Positions 39,060 through 51,469 of a DNA stretch of 64,000 nucleotides are shown here, piece by piece. A program made the position numbers and the translations under genes. The notes beneath the pieces were generated by a model. That model saw only the letters and a program-made list of their open reading frames with translations, did not search any database and was not told where the DNA came from. The number at the start of each line of letters is the position of its first letter. The first letter of the stretch is position 1. Source of the DNA: Octopus vulgaris (Eukaryota); contig OX597817.1 of assembly GCA_951406725.2 (NCBI GenBank), positions 118,792,001 through 118,856,000 of the forward strand. Reading direction: 5' to 3'.

Positions 39060-40330
39060 TTTTACCTATACAACTGCTTTTCAATGCTTGCATGTGACAG
39101 TGTATTGCTATTTGTCATCTCTTTTGTGAAATTCAACTTATTGAGATCGGCTTTTTCGTATGTCTTCCTTGCCCATATATTTTGACAAGTTCCTTTTGCT
39201 TGTATTGCTTGGCACTTTGCAATTCAATTTCCATCTTCAGTATGTATCATGTCTGAATCACTAGCTCTCAATCTTCCATGTTGTATGTGATTCCTCATAG
39301 ATCCAATTTTCTCTCATCATTTGTGTGCTGACATTCATGCATATTAACATTACACATTTAGCTTACTTTTGTTTCTAGCAGTCATGCATCCTGTGCCAAC
39401 ATTACTCATATTTCATTACTGTGTAACATTATGCTTTGTATACAAGAATCATATAATCTGCCCTTTGCTAAAGGAGAAAAATCCTCAAGTTTCCAGCAGA
39501 AATAATAGCTCTGAATTTTACACCTTGTTCTTATTCTAGTTACCATGTATTTGGTAGCCTCTCTTTTACTACTTATCAGATCACCTAGCTATCAGAAGCT
39601 ATCAATTATTTCTAGGAAACCTGAAAATTTGAAATTATTTCATGAGTGCTTTGATAAACTAAATACTGTGCATCTGCACAAGAAACACCTTCCTCTCTGT
39701 CAACTTGACTGTGGGGTTAACGTCTTTTGTGCTCTCATACTTTGCATAATTTGTTCTTATTTTGCACATTATGGCCATTGTCCTAATGGTAGTAAGATTC
39801 TGTCTTCTTTCCTTCTAAAAGTTTTGCTATTGCTGGATTTAATTAAAAACACCTCAACTCATGCCTTTGTTTCCATGCTTGAAATTTCTTCTCGAATTCT
39901 GTAATAGATTCAGCTATGAGAATTAAAATCACCACTGTACAAGAGTGTCCACAGAAAGCTGTATTGTAATCTCACCTGTTATGGCTTGGATAACTATAAC
40001 AAAGGGGAGGAGGAAGCTGAGAGTTGAATCCTGGTGGACACCCAGATGCATTCTAAATTCTTCAATACTAACTCTTGTATTGCTAACAATGCCTCTTTGT
40101 TTGACTTGCACATCTCTCAAAAGACATTTATCTACACCCAGTTTTCTTGGTAATCACTGCACTACAGGACAGAAAACCTTGTGAAAGCTTTTCCAAGCCA
40201 ACAAACGTTAGATATAACAGTTTGCTCTCAGCTAAAAATTCCTTTGATAACTGGCTCACTAGGGAAAGGAATTGATGGTACATCGTCCAGGCACAGTACA
40301 TTCTGTCTAATTTGATTGCATTTAAAATTA
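39060..40330 (-). mobile_element. LINE reverse-transcriptase relic (RTE-like)
   Basis: GLEKLSQG (DLEKAF-like), EEFRMHLGVHQDSTLSFLLPFVIVIQAIT (GVHQGS.LSPLLF-like) and a degenerate YADD region, with many stops and frameshifts. Confidence 0.8.
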
Positions 40331-40773
40331 ATTATGAAATAAACCTCTTTTATGCTTATAATTTGGTTCAACAGTTTCATATCTCCATAGCTGCTTCTTT
40401 CGAGATGCTTTCAGTCATTGAAGTAATATAAACATATTGATGTTACATATGCACACACACACACACACACACATGTATACATAATACATTGCAGTAAAAT
40501 CATTTCAACCATTGGTCATCTTTGAGTACCTGAAGAGGATCAGTGGTATAATGTAATGCAAATTATTAAGTAAAAAAATATGGAACTCTACATCTGTATT
40601 TTATAATGAACACAAACTTTGACTGAATTATTTTTAACAGAGCTGAGATTTGTGGTGGGAGGGGAGTTCCATATTCACTAAATATGAGCAAGGAACCATT
40701 AAACACATAACAGAAGGATCCACTAAACACATAACAGAATGAAAGGAGAAATAAATAACACTAACACTACTTA

Positions 40774-41224
40774 CATTATTTACATTTGACAGATATTCAT
40801 CATCTTGTTCATTGTTAACACGTTTCGGCTGATATAACCTCCAGGTGTCTTGGGGAAATTTCAAACATGGGTTCTCATTCCTAAGGTATTTTTTGATATT
40901 ATTATTATTATTATTATTGTTATTATTATTATTATTCAGGTCACTACTTGGAATCGAACTTGGAATCTTAGAATTAGTAGCCTGTGCTCTTAACCACTAC
41001 GCCATATGCCCGTAGAGGTTAAGAGCACAGGCTACTAATCCCAGGATTCCGAGTTTGATTCCCAGCAGTGACCTGAATAATAATAATAATAATAACATCG
41101 AAAAATACCTTAGGAATGAGAACCCATGTTCGAAATTTCCTGAAGAGACCTGATGAAGGTTGGAGGGTATATTGTGTTAACAACAAACAAGATGAGGGCA
41201 AATATCCGTCAAATGTAAATAATG
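40774..41224. mobile_element. Palindromic element: inverted arms each with tRNA-like head, (AAT)n and partial hammerhead motif
   Basis: 40774-40995 and 41017-41224 are imperfect reverse complements around a 21-nt spacer. Confidence 0.9.
40939..41011 (-). pseudogene. tRNA-like sequence (Pol III A/B boxes) heading the palindrome arm; not a bona fide tRNA
   Basis: 73 nt: GGGCATATGGCGTAGTGGTTAAGAGCACAGGCTACTAATTCTAAGATTCCAAGTTCGATTCCAAGTAGTGACC. A box TGGCGTAGTGG, B box GTTCGATTC, but poor acceptor and anticodon stems. Confidence 0.7.
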
Positions 41225-41443
41225 CACATAATTCCTCATCTCTTAAATATAGAACTGTACTAATACTACTATTAACAAATATATGTCAGCCACATTTTTG
41301 TTGAATGTATTAACTGGTATATGCTTTTAAATTTTCAAATAAAAATATAACTTCAGATTCCCCAGGAGGTAATTAATTCCATTATAAACATTATAACATA
41401 GAAGTTCTCAAAAATCAAAACTGTTTCAGTATATGATACTTAC

Positions 41444-41634
41444 TTCTGACAAATGCATAATCTGCCTGGAACCCCGTGACTGTGTGTGAATATGTTAGAC
41501 TTCTAAACACAACTGTCATTCTGTGTTCATTGGACATGTACATTGGTGGCAATTCTCTTCCACATTTTGTATCTAAATCTGTAGGCTCACCATTTATATA
41601 TATTGTTATGGTAACTGAATCTGCTGCCTGGCAA
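41444..41634 (-). CDS. sol-1: SOL-1-like CUB protein, exon encoding the C-terminal half of a CUB domain
   Basis: Minus strand reads tttcag|T-TGC... and ...GTCAGAA|gtaagt. 191 nt = 1+63 codons+1 (phase 2 in, phase 1 out). Peptide CQAADSVTITIYINGEPTDLDTKCGRELPPMYMSNEHRMTVVFRSLTYSHTVTGFQADYAFVR has the CUB hallmarks C..D.V, KCG...P...S, M.V.F.S and GF.A.Y.F. Family assignment is from recalled motif similarity. Confidence 0.92.
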
Positions 41635-41705
41635 CTGAAATATAAAAAAAAAAAGATATGATAGCAAATCCATATCTCATATGTGTGAACACACATGTAT
41701 GTGTC

Positions 41706-41777
<72 letters not shown>

Positions 41778-42768
41778 AGGATATACACATATTTATATAA
41801 AGATGCAACAATATATGTACATATAACACTTTGCAAAATTGAACACCTGCACATCATTTCCTAAACAAAATATCTATAGTAGCTTATATTCTATACAATT
41901 TCATACCTCAAAGGGAATAGAAGGAAATTTATTTGCTATAAAAAGTATACACTAAATTTTTTTTTTTTAAATCTTGCAGTGTTAGATGCTGAGAAAATAG
42001 TTGTAAAGGATATAGCATATAAAACATAATAGGTATCAATAGTATGTACCAAACTTTAACGTTTACCAAAGTGCCAGTTGTTCTGGAACTAGTGACAGGG
42101 TTGGTGGGCATGACTGAATCGCTAATAAAAATTTCATACAATTTTCTACAGAAACACCATGACTGTATTTTCATATTGATTTTTTTTTTCTTCTTAAAAA
42201 TATTTGTTTCATACATACATGCATCTACACACACACTCACACACACACACACATAAATATCCTGAAACTAATATATTCAACGTTTTGTATTGTGAAAATT
42301 ATTTTCAATGAAAATTTTAAAAGGTGCACAGAAATACTTTTATCAATTTGTTGTTGCTGTTGTTGTTGATATTTGCTTCTTTAAAAATCAATTCAAATTG
42401 CTTTGCTAACTATGCATCTGTATGATGGTTTTAAATTGAATATTTACTGCATTAATAGCATAATACAATACTTCAAATGTTTTGTAATAATAAATAGTTT
42501 TGTCTTATTATTAAATACAGCTCAATTATTTCATATTTGAATAAAAACAGCAAATGACTGCGATGATAAATTACTGAAATTACAAAGTGATTAATTGTAC
42601 ATTTGTTTTAATGTGTGGGTGTGCATGTATACAGGTGCTTATTGCTGTTTAATCCCAGGTCAGCCCTCAGTGTATCTCTGATCAAAGAACATTCTAGCCA
42701 TGATTGTCCTATCTTTTATTCAGACATAATGTATCTAGGACTAAACTTATTTCTTTATTAACCACAGG

Positions 42769-42972
42769 GGGCTAAACACAGAGAGGACAAACAAGGTCAG
42801 ACAAATGGAGTAAGCTGATTGTATCGACACCAGTGCATAACTGGTACTTATTTAATTGACCCCGAAAGGATGAAAGGCAAAGTTGACCTCGGCAGAATTT
42901 GAACTCAGAACATAGTGGCAGACAAAATACCGCTAAGCATTTTGCCCGGCGTGTTAACATTTCTGCCAGCGC
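42769..42972 (-). mobile_element. SINE family B variant nested in an older repeat (about 42630-43050)
   Basis: Core GCCTTTCATCCTTTCGGGGTCAATTAAATAAGTACCAG with a different tail (TTAGCCCCCTGTGG). The flanks resemble 60360-60530. Confidence 0.8.
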
Positions 42973-43827
42973 AATCCTATGTCTTTCCTTTCAGAAGTCA
43001 GTTGCCTGTGCTTTGAAAAGAGATATGGCTACTATTTTTAGCAGGTCAAGCAAAGATGTTAAGGTTTCTTTTATTGAGTGATAAAGTAATTAATTGTTTG
43101 TTCATAGTTGCTGGAGTATGTGTGTGTGCATGTAAGTGTTTAAGTGTGTGTGCACAGGTCTGTATTTGCATATCTCTATACATACGTGTGTCTTCACACA
43201 GTCACATTCAAGTTTCTGTTTCTTCTTTCTTTCACTCACCTTCTTTCCACTTTTTATAGGAAAATGGTCTAAAATTCACCAAGGTCCCTGCTCTATTATG
43301 CATTTATTCTAAAAAAATATTCCTTGCCATTTCTTATTGTTCCCCAAGGTAGTGAACTCAAATAACATTCAGAATCTTTTCACTCAATAACAAATATCTC
43401 TCTAGCACCCATTTCCCTGAACGATTAAAATGAAATATTAACTGAGTTAATTTAATTTGGGATGAAGTAATATGTTGTAGGAAGACAATGAAGTGAAACT
43501 ATAAATCCTGAATTTAGAGCAGCATGCAATTCTTCATATCTGATTCTCTGTGGAACAAAAATATAATGTGTGCTACTCAGAATTGTAACGTTATTATAAT
43601 GTGTAAACTCTTTCTTGAACTATCTTTATATTTATATCAGTAGAAAAAAGAATAGATAAGTAAAACCTGTTGAAATTACATTTAATTTTCATAGTTCAAA
43701 ATGTCACTCATAAAGCAAATTTGTAAGGGAAGATAAAAGGCAAAGATAAGAGACTTGTACTAAAGAGCCAAGTTGACAGTGTCAAGAAAACCTTTTAATC
43801 CACTGCTATACCATTTCTAAGAAAACG

Positions 43828-44245
43828 CTCTCTTTACTCTTTTACTCTTTTACTTGTTTCAGTCATTTGACTGCGGCCATGCTGGAGCACCGCCTTTAAT
43901 CGAGCAACTCGACCCCGGCACTTATTCTTTTCTAAGCCCAGTACTTATTTTATCGGTCTCTTTTGCAGAACCGCTAAGTAACGGGGACGTAAACACACCA
44001 GCATCGGTTGTCAAGCAATGCTAGGGGGACAAACACAGACACACAAGCACATATACACACATACATATATATACATATATACGACAGGCTTTTTTCAGTT
44101 TCCGTCTACCAAATCCACTCACAAGGCATTGGTCGGCCCGGGGCTATAGCAGAAGACACTTGCCCAAGATGCCACGCAGTGGGACTGAACCCGGAACCAT
44201 GTGGTTGGTTAGCAAGCTACTTACCACACAGCCACTCCTGCGCCT
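43828..44245 (-). mobile_element. SINE family A, full length, young
   Basis: Complete head, (AGTAAAAG)n tail, CpGs largely retained. Confidence 0.92.
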
Positions 44246-46564
44246 AGTTTCTATTACATTTATGGTCTCTAATATTGGAACAAGGTCATAAATTTGGAGA
44301 GGAAGAAACGATCAATGAGAACAATACTAGAACTTGATTGGATATTATATGATTGAATCCAGATGGATGAAAGACAAAACTGACTTAGGTGGCATTCAAA
44401 CACAGAATGTAAGGGAAAGGTGATTAAACGCCACAAAGCATTTTGATCAGTACTCATTCATTCCTACCATAGAGCTAAATTTCAATTAAATAAATATAAT
44501 AGCTTTATATCTTTTGTTTTATTCTAATAAATGTTAGACAGGCTTCTAAGGAGTTTATAGTTCACTTGATGTATAAAAAAAAAGGTAGCAGAGAAGGGAG
44601 TGACTTATGTTTCTTGTGTTTATTTCGAAACACATCACACAGTTACCTTGGGTAAATTACTTTCTTTGTTAAATTGCTGCCCTTCCATGTTAAATATACA
44701 AAACACCATTGATGCTTGGACACTTGTAGATTTATATAGAATATGCTTGATACTGAATTTTGAATCTTTTCACACAAGAATTGAACACTGTGCTATATGT
44801 ATCGATTAGTGATTATAATGGCATATTTTGATATCTTTGCAAAATACAAAGGTGACTATGATTAGTTCTGGAGACTATAGAGTATTAGAAACATCCCTGC
44901 ATGCGATGATTTAAGTGAACCATTGTGGTGACCTCTGTGAAGTCACTTGAACTTCTATAATTGACAACTAAATCTTCCTTTTAAGCACAACCTCAAGCTA
45001 ATAACACATTTGATAATACAGTTCTGGATAAACAAAGCTTGAAAAAAGACAGACTAGCAACTGCTTAGAATGCCTTTGACCCTTGGTCTGCTGGATCAGC
45101 ATACAATTAATATATAGTAGCTATAGTACATAAGCTCTGATTAAATGGCAATAATAATTCAAGGAAGGAATACACCAGAGTAATATCCTGTTGCTTTGAT
45201 CAAGGCTAACAATGAGAGCAACTAAAACATTTGTCAACTTCACAATGCTGTTATGGCTGTATATACTACACTGCATTATCCACTTATAGTTAGATGAAAT
45301 CAACTATTGAAAGTTGAATCTCCTGATCGCAGACACATCAATGTATTAGTAACAGTATATGACCTCCACACCATATATCTAACAGATAATCTAATGGAGT
45401 AAAATCTAGAATCTGTGAAAACTGGTGAGCATTGTCTAATAACCTATTAAATGTGTCTGCTGTGTTCAGACCAAAATATAAAAATCTCTAAAATTTAAAA
45501 TGTAATTGATAATCATAATGCAATTTGAAGAAACAGAGAAACGATGATAGATTAGGTCTATTGTGAAATAATCCCTCTCATGTTAACCTGCCTAAACATG
45601 CCTCTTCTTTCATTTCAGAGATCTTATGAAACATTAGCAGTAACATGCCATCATTTGTAGTAACCTATTGGCTAGATTGCACTGATACAATAGGAATCAT
45701 AAATTGAAACTATGTTTGGATATAATGTAATTTTTCTTTCTATTAGTATGTACGGGCAGGGGCATATAGCAAACTTCTTATGTTCCAGAAAAGAAGATTA
45801 GTAAGTTATGACTCTTACAAAAGATAATTACTATTTGCCTATTTTGCTAAGCTTATTTACTTGAGGCCAAATAAGAGAATGTGTTAGTTGTGGAAAAGAC
45901 AGAACTCCTTGCTGTTGTTGTTGTTGTTTTCCCAATAACTTATTGATCTTCCTATTAATGGCAAGTGCAAACATTGAATATAAATCAATCTAACCAACAA
46001 GCAACAAAAGATTTGGTTTTACACAGAAAATACAGCAAAAAAAAAAGAAAAAAAAATTAGGCTTAATTGATCGAAAGAGCACACAAATCAGATTCTTAGA
46101 CACTTTGAAATAAATCTAAATTTAGAATGTAAAGATAAATAAACTCTTGTTATAAACAAGAAAATTGGTAATTTAATTGATTACAATACTTTAGTCATAT
46201 ATATATATATATATATATTTTCTTTTTTCCCCGCTTTTGCTTTTAGTTTAAAATCTTAATTCAATAAAATGAGGTATTTACTGAAGTCCATGATTCTCAA
46301 AAGCATTGCTGGTGAGAAACAAAAGAAAGATTAGGATCTGAAAGCAATCTCGAAACTAAATAGGTTTTAAATGCAAAATTACCATGTAATGTGTGTGTGT
46401 GTGTGTGTGCATATATGCATGTGCATGTGACATATTGAAAGCCAAAACGGAATTGGAGTTATTAGAAAGAATTTTTGAATGACATTCAATAGTATTATTT
46501 CTAAGATTTCCCCCTTCAATTATGTTATAAAAACTTCATCATATATATATATATATATATATTT

Positions 46565-46770
46565 GACTGCATGTGTATCACTGGCGATTTTATTTTTCTC
46601 CATCTTCCCTTCCTTGGATCTTTCCTTTTTCTATGTTTCTGACGAAGAGCTCCGCTCAAAACGTTAAATCCTCCTTCTTTCTTTCCTTTCTTGAGCGTCC
46701 AATAACACTATACTTGTTCCACGTCCTTGCATTGTTGTGTCTTCTCTTTGTGCTTTCATGTTTGGATTAA

Positions 46771-46771
<1 letters not shown>
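46565..46771 (+). mobile_element. Short Penelope-like relic in (TA)n with minimal hammerhead motif (46635-46669)
   Basis: GTTT-CTGACGA-A-GAGC-TCC-GCTC-AAAA-CG-TT-AAAT; flanked by (TA)n and (CT)n(TA)n. Confidence 0.7.
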
Positions 46772-46809
<38 letters not shown>

Positions 46810-48060
46810 GATGGATGGATGGATGCTTTCTATGTAGGTTCATGGGAATTGGATTTAGCTTTATAAGAAGTTGGTTACCTTCTTAAATACCATACTTGTA
46901 GTATTCTCTTAAGCAATAAAAAAATAAGCCAGTAAATGATTATAATAACCCCTACAAATGCTGTTTAGTAGAAGTTCAAGTTATAGCATCAAAATGAAAC
47001 TGAAATAAATTAATAAACTAGAACATTCTCTCATATTTGGAAGCACTTTTAGAATCATTTTCCTACTGATAAGAGTTCAATTTATTACTCATGTGGCAGT
47101 CTAACTTTTTTAACACTGAGTATTAAAATGTGTGTACATGTTTGCATGTGTGTGTATGTGTGTGTGTGTGTGGGGTAATTGAAGGATGTAGGGATAAATA
47201 TAAATCACATTGATAGATAGAGCATTAGCACACAGAAAAAGATTCAAGGTTTGCAGCTAGTGCTTTGCAGAAAAACCACATATTATCAGCCATTTCAATT
47301 CAATCCTAAAGAAAAGACCTGAACTCACTGCAACTTATAACCATTTACTAAACTTTTTGTTAACTGACTTCAAAGCAGACCCAATCCTGCTTGGATTACT
47401 GATGTTTAAAAATGGATACCATTAAAAATATAGCCAGGTATACTGCCTTTCATATGTTAAAACATGTCACACACCCAATCCTACGATCAATATGGAAGTA
47501 GCACCAACAGTTGATGCCTGTCAAAAACAGTGGACATCATCACCAACATTATTAACCATGTGAGTTACTCTTAAATGGAACTGCTTCCTAATAACTAAAA
47601 CAAAAAAGATTATTGATCTCAACTACATGACCAGACCAATCAACCAATTAAGTGATCAAGTTAACATTCAATTAAAAAGAATTCAATACCACATAAACAC
47701 ACTAAACAATCATTTCATTCTCTCAGACTCACTGTGTCTACTGAACAACAAAAGAAAAACACATAAAACCTTTTGGTCAACCAACTCATAATTATATATA
47801 AAATAAATGAATAATAATAATAAGTGAATATGAATGGAATCAATTATTCAGTTATGATATGTATGTTTCCATAGAATGGTTATTTATTTGCTTACTAATG
47901 TTTTACATAAGACAACAAAATAAGCAGATCACTTTATCAGACATCATTGCATAATTGATACATACATTGATCTGTGAGAAATTATATTCCACATTCCAAC
48001 TGCCTGAATCATAAAGATCCTTACAACTAAGACACCCACACACATACATATGTATATAAT

Positions 48061-48256
48061 TCGCCAGTTGCCATGATTGATTGTTAGCCACTACACACAT
48101 TTTTTTCTCTCCTTGTTTCTTTCTGTGTCCCTTTCTGTAGAAGAGCATAGGCTCAAAACGTAAAAGACTTTTTCTATTCCTGAGCGTTATACTAATACAT
48201 CTGTTTGTTTTGTACACCCCCTGTCTTCGTCTTTTGTTTTTTCGTAAACTCTCCCT
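48061..48256 (+). mobile_element. Short Penelope-like relic with hammerhead-like motif (48131-48166)
   Basis: CTTT-CTGTAGA-A-GAGC-ATAG-GCTC-AAAA-CG-TA-AAAG. The 3' end runs into (TA)n. Downstream sequence is related to 46670-46771. Confidence 0.7.
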
Positions 48257-48718
48257 ATATATATATATATAATTCCTTCCCCACCACACACCATGCTTGA
48301 ATCACTATGCTAAACTACAATTGTCAGAAGACTTTCTTAATAATTTTGTTTGCAACCCTCAAAAACTACTCTACCCACTTTGGCTATCAGATAATTCTAG
48401 CCCACACAGGACATTGCCACTACTGGTGTTGTTTTTTTGCCATTATACAGATTGTCCTCATCATACCTAACTACTGAATCACTCCTCCCCTTTAACTTTT
48501 AAGTTATGTATGTCATCTCTATACCAGTTAGTCTCTATCTACTCTCATGCATTCATAACTCTATGCACAACTCCCTTATTTACATCATAACCTTTACTTT
48601 AACAGTTCTATAGTAACAAAACTACAATTACGTCTGAATTAAAAATTCCACACTTTAAAGTTATACCACATATTTTGCCTGTTAATTCATTCTTCCTAAT
48701 ATATATATATATATATAT

Positions 48719-48973
48719 AGGGAGAATTCACGAAAAAATCAAAATACAAAGACAGGCGGTGTAGAAAACAAACAGATGTATAACACTTGGGAATTGAAAA
48801 AGTCTTTTACGTTTTGAGCCTATGCTCTTCCACAGAAAGAAACAAGGAAAGAAATTAAGGTAGCATGCTGGACAAAATGCTTCGGTACTCACTACACAAT
48901 TTTTTTTTTCTCTCTTTGTTTCTCTCCTTGTTTCTTTCTGTGGAAGAGCATAGGCTCAAAACATAAAAGACTT
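48719..48973. mobile_element. Two inverted partial copies of the same hammerhead-like element
   Basis: Minus copy 48719-48856 (motif 48803-48840) and plus copy 48890-48973 (motif 48933-48970). Confidence 0.75.
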
Positions 48974-48985
48974 GATATATATATC

Positions 48986-49150
48986 AAGGTAGCATGCTGG
49001 GCAAAATGCTTAGCAGAATTTCATCCATGTTTACATTCTGAGTTCAAATTCCAGCATGGTCGACTATGACTTTCATCCCTTCAGGATTGATGAAATAAGT
49101 ACCAGTTGAACCTCTCCCAATATTACTATCCTTATACCAAAATTTGAAAT
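48986..49150 (+). mobile_element. SINE family B
   Basis: caaaatgcttagc...ctgagttcaaatt...tttcatcccttcaggattgatgaaataagtaccagttg. Confidence 0.8.
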
Positions 49151-49679
49151 TAATATATACTGTAAAATTCAAGTTGGCTGGAACTTTAAACTTTGCAAAA
49201 CAGTTTTCTTAAACTTTAAGGGGCTGAACTTTAAAGCGAAAATTAAGGCCTCAGTCAATATATATTTTACAAAAAATTTGAATATACTCAGTACTGAGCC
49301 CTCCTATACATATATATTTCATGTTATTCTTAAACTTGCTTTGAAATAACAGAAAAGAGTATACTCAGTACATAATATAGAGTACAATTTTTAAGCCTCA
49401 TCTCAATACTCAAGTTTTAGGTTCATATGCTCATTCTGATAATAATTTGATATATATTGTAATACACTGCACTGAAGTGTAATTTGAACAAGCAAGTAAT
49501 GACATCAAACATAAACTGAACTTAAACACACAAACATATAAGTATATATATATATATATGTGTGTGTGTGCGTGTGCGTGCATGCACATATGTATCTACC
49601 TTTATATTCAATGTGTTTGATATGGTAGTGGTGTGTTTGTTCCAATACTCTATTGCTTAAAGTTCATGGCTTAGTTCAT

Positions 49680-49840
49680 AGGCGCAGGAGTGGCTGTGTG
49701 GTAAGTAGCTTGTTTACCAACCACATGGTTCCGGGTTCAGTCCCACTGTGTGGCACCTTGGGCAAGTGTCTTCTACTATAGCCTCGGGCTATAAAGGCTT
49801 GTGAGTGGATTTGGTAGACGGAAACTGAAAGAAGCTCGTC

Positions 49841-49877
<37 letters not shown>

Positions 49878-50070
49878 TGTGTGTGTTTGTGTGTCTGTGT
49901 TTGTCCCCCTAGCATTGCTTGACAACCGATGCTGGTGTGTTTATGTCCCCGTTACTTAGCGGTTTGGCAAAAGAGACCGATAGAATAAGTACTGGGCTTA
50001 CAAAAAGAATAAGTCCCGGGGTCGAGTTGCTCGATTATAGGTGGTGCTCCAGCATGGCCACAGTCAAATG
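49680..50070 (+). mobile_element. SINE family A, near full length, antisense to the host gene
   Basis: aggcgcaggagtggctgtgtggtaag...ccttgggcaagt...(TA)n...gctccagcatggccacagtcaaatg. Confidence 0.92.
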
Positions 50071-51251
50071 TAGAGGAGTCAATAGTAGAGGAGTCAGAGT
50101 CGAAGCTTTTGTTTCGGCTCCACAGCCCTGATTAAAACAGTGATGGTGATGAGGAAGGAGAGAATGAGGATGTAACTTATATTCTACTTCTCAACTCATG
50201 CTGAAGATTACAACAGATTTGACAACTATTTAAATTAGAATTCTCGACTAGTCTCATGACAGAATAATTAATGTACGTGAATTCTGTCTGCAATTGGCAG
50301 TAAAAGAATATTAGTATTATTTAAATAGATGCTATTTTATGGTGAACTGGTGTAAAATAGAAAATATTGCATTGAATTTCATAGAAATTTTATCAATGAT
50401 TATTTATTCCCATAAAAAAGGAATTTTCATCACTTTATAACCAATATAACAACAACATTATTGAATATTTCCAAAATTATAATATATAAGTACAGTTGAT
50501 GCAATACAGGTTAGAAGAAAAAAATTAAACAATAATTCTCTGCTTAAGATTAAAAGCCTAAACTTAGTAACAAGGAATAGACTTTTTTTAAGGCGATGTA
50601 CTTGCATAGCAAGTGACCTGATCTGAGATCGTGTGCTGGAACGAAAACAATTGCAGCGTGAAGAAAGTGAAAGATGTATGTGTATATGAAATGGATGAGT
50701 ATGTGTGTGTGAGAGAGAGAGAGAAGAAGAGGGTGAGAAGAAGAGAGAAAGAGAGGAAGGGAGAAAGAGAGTGACTGAAGGGGTGTATTTTCATGTATAC
50801 ATACATACATACATCAATACATATGCATTCATTTTTTTGTATGTACATGTGCATGTGTGTGTATGAGAGAGAGTGAGTGAGTGAATATGCTCACTCACTC
50901 AATCACTCTCTCTCTCTCTCTCTGACTAACACAGAGACACATGTCCATTTCATATACATGTACATCTTTCAATTTCTCCTCTCTTTTATGCTCTCCTCTC
51001 ACTTCAAAGCAAATGTCACCTTTTCACTTTATCCTCTCTTTCAATTTTTGCTCTCTTTAAAGCATAAGGAAATTTTAAAATTTTTATGGAAATTAACGAA
51101 CAATCATATGATCCCATAAATGTCAAGTTTACAACTTTGGTTCTTCAAATGAAAGAATGTCATAAAATAATTTCCTTTCACACACACATGCACACAAACA
51201 CATACACACATTCTAGCTAAAACTTCTGTGTGAATAATGTTATTTCTTGCA

Positions 51252-51294
<43 letters not shown>

Positions 51295-51315
51295 TTGATA
51301 TACATACATATATAT

Positions 51316-51469
51316 GATAGGCTTCTTTCAGTTTCTGTCTACCAAATCCACTCTCAAAGCTCTGGCTGGCCCAAGGCTATAGTAGAAGACACTTGCCAAA
51401 GGTGCCATGCAATGGGACTGAACCTGGAACCATGTGGTTAGTAGCAAGCTACTTACCACACAGCCATTC
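51316..51469 (-). mobile_element. SINE family A, 5' half
   Basis: Collinear with the head half of 451-877 and ends in (TA)n. Confidence 0.85.
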
